From an archaeon (GTDB lineage: Archaea; Iainarchaeota; Iainarchaeia; Iainarchaeales; CSSED10-239): a stretch of 8,586 nucleotides of DNA. Position 1 is the stretch's first letter; each line of letters begins with the position of its first letter. The stretch is from the NCBI GenBank assembly GCA_035357435.1, contig DAOPNM010000021.1:1-8586 (forward strand). Reading direction: 5' to 3'. A program made the translations under genes and the position numbers. This document shows positions 5,986 to 8,586 of this stretch, in pieces. The notes beneath the pieces were generated by a model that saw only the letters and a program-made list of their open reading frames with translations, was not told where the DNA came from and ran no database searches.

Positions 5986-6933
5986 TTATTTCTTATTATT
6001 TTTTAAGTCATTATACACAAAATAGGCAGCTAACGCACCTTGTGCACATGCTAACAAAATTTGTTTTAATTCCGAAAAATTTGTTGCATCCCCTGCTGCA
6101 AATATTCCTGGAATATTTGTTCTTTGTTGCTTATCTACAATAATATATCCATCTTCATCTAACATTATATTTAATTTCTTTAAAAAATCTGTTTGAGATG
6201 TCATGCCTATTTCTACAAAAAGACAATCTAACTGTAGTTTTTTGCCATTACTTAAAATAACACCTTCTAAATTATCTTTACCAATCAACTTCTTAACTTC
6301 ACAATTATAAAAAACTTCTATTTTTGGATTCTTCTTAACTAACTCTTGCCAAAATGGTTCTGCACGAAAGCTTTCTCTCCTATGTATCAAATATACTTTT
6401 TTTGCAATATCACCTAACATTACAGCAGAACTTAATGCAGCATTTCCTCCACCGACAATTGCAACAATTTTATCATTATAAAAATAGGCATCACAGGTTG
6501 CACAATAACTTATTCCTTTCCCAACAAACTTTTTTTCATTTGGCAAACCTAATTCTTTTCTTTTTGTGCCTACTGCCAAAATAATTTTTTTAGCATAAAT
6601 TTTTTGTGTATCTGAAATTATAACAAAAAAATCTTTTTGATTTTCAATATCAATAACTTTTTCAAAAAAAATAGGGATATTTAATTTCTCTGTCTGTTCA
6701 TACATCTTCTGTATAAGCTCAACACCAGAAATTTCTTGAAAACCAGGATAATTACTAATTTTATGTGCCATGGCAGTATTCCCACCAACAATATCAGTAA
6801 AAAGAACTGTTTTCAATTTATATCTTCCCGCATAAATTGCAGAAGAAAACCCTGCAGGGCCACCACCAATAATTGCTAAATCAAAAATTTCTTGCACATT
6901 TTGTTTCTGACTTTTATTTTTTGTATTAATCAT
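5986..6933 (-). CDS. trxB: Thioredoxin-disulfide reductase (low-Mr TrxR)
   Basis: FAD motif IIGGGPAG, redox-active CATC (SYCATCDA), second dinucleotide motif VGGGNAA followed by HRRESFRA (the NADPH-type HRRxxFR motif of E. coli-like TrxR), and C-terminal FAAGDA. Confidence 0.92.
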   Translation of the reverse strand: MINTKNKSQKQNVQEIFDLAIIGGGPAGFSSAIYAGRYKLKTVLFTDIVGGNTAMAHKISNYPGFQEISGVELIQKMYEQTEKLNIPIFFEKVIDIENQKDFFVIISDTQKIYAKKIILAVGTKRKELGLPNEKKFVGKGISYCATCDAYFYNDKIVAIVGGGNAALSSAVMLGDIAKKVYLIHRRESFRAEPFWQELVKKNPKIEVFYNCEVKKLIGKDNLEGVILSNGKKLQLDCLFVEIGMTSQTDFLKKLNIMLDEDGYIIVDKQQRTNIPGIFAAGDATNFSELKQILLACAQGALAAYFVYNDLKNNKK

Positions 6934-6952
6934 ATTATATCATAATTATATT

Positions 6953-6961
6953 AAAAAAAAA
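6953..6961 (-). terminator. T9 tract immediately downstream of the TFB stop; candidate archaeal oligo-T terminator
   Basis: The plus strand A9 (6953-6961) is T9 on the coding strand, 15 nt after the TFB stop (6976-6978). It lies in the 42-nt gap before the trxB ATG (6933). Confidence 0.4.
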
Positions 6962-6975
6962 GATAAAAGATGCAC

Positions 6976-7881
6976 TTAAACTTGTGCATCAACCTTTAGG
7001 TTTAATTTAGATTTCAACTCTCTATATCTGTTTCTTATTGTAACCTCTGTAACACCTGCAACATTTGCGACTTCCTTCTGTGTTCTTCTTTCACCAGTCA
7101 TCAATGCAGCAATATACACTGCAGCAGCTGCAACACCCGTTGGGCCTCTACCAGAAATTAATCCTGAAGAGATTGCTTTTTTGACAATTTGCTTTGCTTT
7201 ATCTTCTGCTGCTGGAGAAAGATTTAACACAGACACAAACCTTGAAATATAGTAGGTAGGATCTGTTAAAGGAACCGCAATATCTAACTCTTTAACAATA
7301 AATCTATAAGTTCTTCCAATTTCTTTCTTTGTTAAACCTGATGCTTCTGCAATTTCATTTAAAGTCCTTGGAACATTATAGGTTCTACATACAGAATATA
7401 ATACAGCTGCAACAACAGCTTCTATTAATCTTCCTCTAATCAAACCTTTCTCTACGGTTTTTCTATATAATAATGCTGCAGTTTCGACCAAAGAATCAGG
7501 AATATTCAAATATGCAGCCATTCTTCTCAATTCTGTAAGTGCAATTGATAAATTTCTTTGAACAGAATTAGACACAGCTGCTCTCTTATGCCACTTAATT
7601 AATCTATACATTTGAGCTCTTGACTTTGTAGATAACTTTTGGCCTCTTGTATCTCTACCAGATCTTTCAATCATCGTTTCCATACCTCTATTTATTTTTG
7701 TATAATTTGTAGGAGAACCTGTACTTATATTAGTAGATTTAGAATCATCAAAAGATCTCCAATCTTTACCAGTATCAATAATTTCATCAGAGATTACTGT
7801 ATGACATTTTTTACAAATATACTCACCAGTTTTTGGATCTCTATAAACTTCTTTTGAACCACATTCAGGACATTCAACCAT
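6976..7881 (-). CDS. tfb: Transcription initiation factor IIB (TFB)
   Basis: N-terminal Zn ribbon (CPECGS..x..CKKCHTV), a linker/B-reader region, two cyclin-like repeats and a C-terminal HTH (VANVAGVTEVTIRNRYRELK). Start re-called to ATG at 7881 (MVECPECG, 301 aa), preceded by GGTG (7887-7890) at 5-nt spacing. The track start at 7941 adds 20 residues from AT-rich promoter DNA. Confidence 0.93.
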   Translation of the reverse strand: MVECPECGSKEVYRDPKTGEYICKKCHTVISDEIIDTGKDWRSFDDSKSTNISTGSPTNYTKINRGMETMIERSGRDTRGQKLSTKSRAQMYRLIKWHKRAAVSNSVQRNLSIALTELRRMAAYLNIPDSLVETAALLYRKTVEKGLIRGRLIEAVVAAVLYSVCRTYNVPRTLNEIAEASGLTKKEIGRTYRFIVKELDIAVPLTDPTYYISRFVSVLNLSPAAEDKAKQIVKKAISSGLISGRGPTGVAAAAVYIAALMTGERRTQKEVANVAGVTEVTIRNRYRELKSKLNLKVDAQV

Positions 7882-7909
7882 AATAACACCTTTTTTAATT
7901 TTTAATAGC

Positions 7910-7917
7910 TTATAAAA
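7910..7917 (-). promoter_or_regulatory. Candidate TATA box (TTTTATAA on the coding strand) for tfb
   Basis: The plus strand ttataaaa is TTTTATAA on the minus strand, centred ~32 nt upstream of the ATG at 7881. Weak call because the background is AT-rich. It also conflicts slightly with use of the GGTG as an SD, since the transcript start would fall near it. Confidence 0.3.
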
Positions 7918-8072
7918 CAAGCAATTTTCAAAAAAATACATTATTTAAAAAAAGAAACATATATAAATATTAATGTATGAAGAGATATATAAAGCTTTCT
8001 ATTTTTCTAAACAAGGCACTTCAAAAACAAAGGTTTAAAACAAAAATGTTTTGGAAGAAATATTAATTTCAT

Positions 8073-8086
8073 AAAAAAACAAAAAA
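8073..8086 (-). terminator. T6GT7 tract directly after the tRNA-Gly 3' end
   Basis: The plus strand aaaaaaacaaaaaa is TTTTTTGTTTTTTT on the tRNA strand. It begins 1 nt after the discriminator base. Confidence 0.5.
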
Positions 8087-8158
8087 TGCAACCACCGGGA
8101 TTCGAACCCGAGTCTAAAGCTTGGGAAGCTTTTATCCTAACCACTAGACTATGGTTGC
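8087..8158 (-). tRNA. tRNA-Gly (anticodon CCC), 72 nt, no intron, CCA not encoded
   Basis: The reverse complement folds by hand as follows. Acceptor GCAACCA/TGGTTGC. D arm GTCT-AGTGGTTA-GGAT, with two G-U pairs. Anticodon arm AAAGC-TTCCCAA-GCTTT, giving anticodon CCC. 4-nt variable loop AGAC. T arm TCGGG-TTCGAAT-CCCGG. Discriminator A. Confidence 0.85.
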
Positions 8159-8196
8159 ATTATTAAATAATAAAATAAGAAAACAAATAAAAAACA

Positions 8197-8586
8197 TTAA
8201 GAAATTGGGCAATACACAAAATCTCCTGAAAAAGTCAAAGAGGGCCTCAATAACATTCTTAAAGGATCTTTTGCAGGAAACTTTATAACTATATCATTTT
8301 GTTTTACAATAGATATTTTAACATCACATAAATCTTCGGAAACAAAATCAATATCATTAGAAGAACTAATTAAATAACTAATTTTTTGATTAGCTCTAAT
8401 GGTGTTAATCAAAGACTTTCCAACAAAAAAATTATTAAATAAATCTTTTGATTCTGGAAACACAAACAAAACATCTGTTTGCAATTTTAAAGAAATCTCA
8501 TGTAAAATATAATTTACATAATGTGGATAAAATATATCTTCAACAACATTAATTACAGTAACAGAACCTATCTGTTTATATTTTTG
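8197..8586 (-). CDS. Hypothetical protein, C-terminal 129 aa; 5' end lies beyond the window
   Basis: The track ORF (8197-8484) starts at a TTG. I translated the same frame upstream to base 8586 and found no stop (..QKYKQIGSVTVINVVEDIFYPHYVNYILHEISLKLQTDV..), so the gene most likely continues off-window. No motif is recognised. Confidence 0.5.
   Translation of the reverse strand, partial: QKYKQIGSVTVINVVEDIFYPHYVNYILHEISLKLQTDVLFVFPESKDLFNNFFVGKSLINTIRANQKISYLISSSNDIDFVSEDLCDVKISIVKQNDIVIKFPAKDPLRMLLRPSLTFSGDFVYCPIS

Noticed and set aside
6354-6584. 76-aa plus-strand ORF inside trxB
   Set aside because: It is antisense to a high-confidence TrxR CDS and has no motifs.
7639-7857. 72-aa plus-strand ORF inside tfb
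   Set aside because: It is antisense to a high-confidence TFB CDS and has no motifs.
7882-7941. 20-residue N-terminal extension of TFB (MYFFENCLFYKLLKIKKGVI)
   Set aside because: TFB proteins start at or just before the Zn ribbon. The extension is encoded by AT-rich DNA containing the TATA candidate and the GGTG SD.
7973-8038. 21-aa plus-strand ORF (MYEEIYKAFYFSKQGTSKTKV) between tfb and tRNA-Gly
   Set aside because: It has no SD, lies in a promoter/terminator spacer, and is the size expected by chance.
1-8586. Search for CRISPR repeats, IS or transposase ends, integrase genes at the tRNAs, or long direct repeats
   Set aside because: I found no spaced direct repeats and no recombinase-like ORF. 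The genes flanking both tRNAs are housekeeping. Only short A/T palindromes were seen, and these are reported separately.

Overview
Visibly AT-rich (about 70% A+T by eye), densely packed archaeal chromosomal segment. Archaeal origin is supported by an HMf-type histone, TFB, aEF-1beta, an archaeal-type cytidylate kinase, and two compact intron-less tRNA genes without encoded CCA. The gene set, tight spacing and composition fit a small-genome, DPANN-like archaeon, but that placement is inference only. I support 11 CDS, one of them a 51-aa Zn-ribbon gene absent from the ORF track, plus 2 tRNAs. Mostly housekeeping: cmk (5'-truncated), histone, Zn-ribbon/aEF-1beta pair, thioredoxin reductase, TFB, tRNA-Arg(UCG), tRNA-Gly(CCC). 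The non-housekeeping content is two radical SAM enzymes of unknown substrate. One is a full 7-Cys SPASM enzyme lying last in a same-strand histone > PHP phosphoesterase > rSAM array. The other is a 481-aa enzyme with a ~120-aa Cys-free N-terminal extension and a single twitch-like auxiliary-cluster motif. There is also a wHTH/coiled-coil protein of unknown function and a partial unknown ORF at the right edge. I see no CRISPR array, transposase or integrase, rRNA, or recognisable defence genes. Several ORF-track starts look over-extended (TTG, GTG or upstream ATG) and are re-called using Shine-Dalgarno-like motifs. All family assignments come from motif reading, not database searches.
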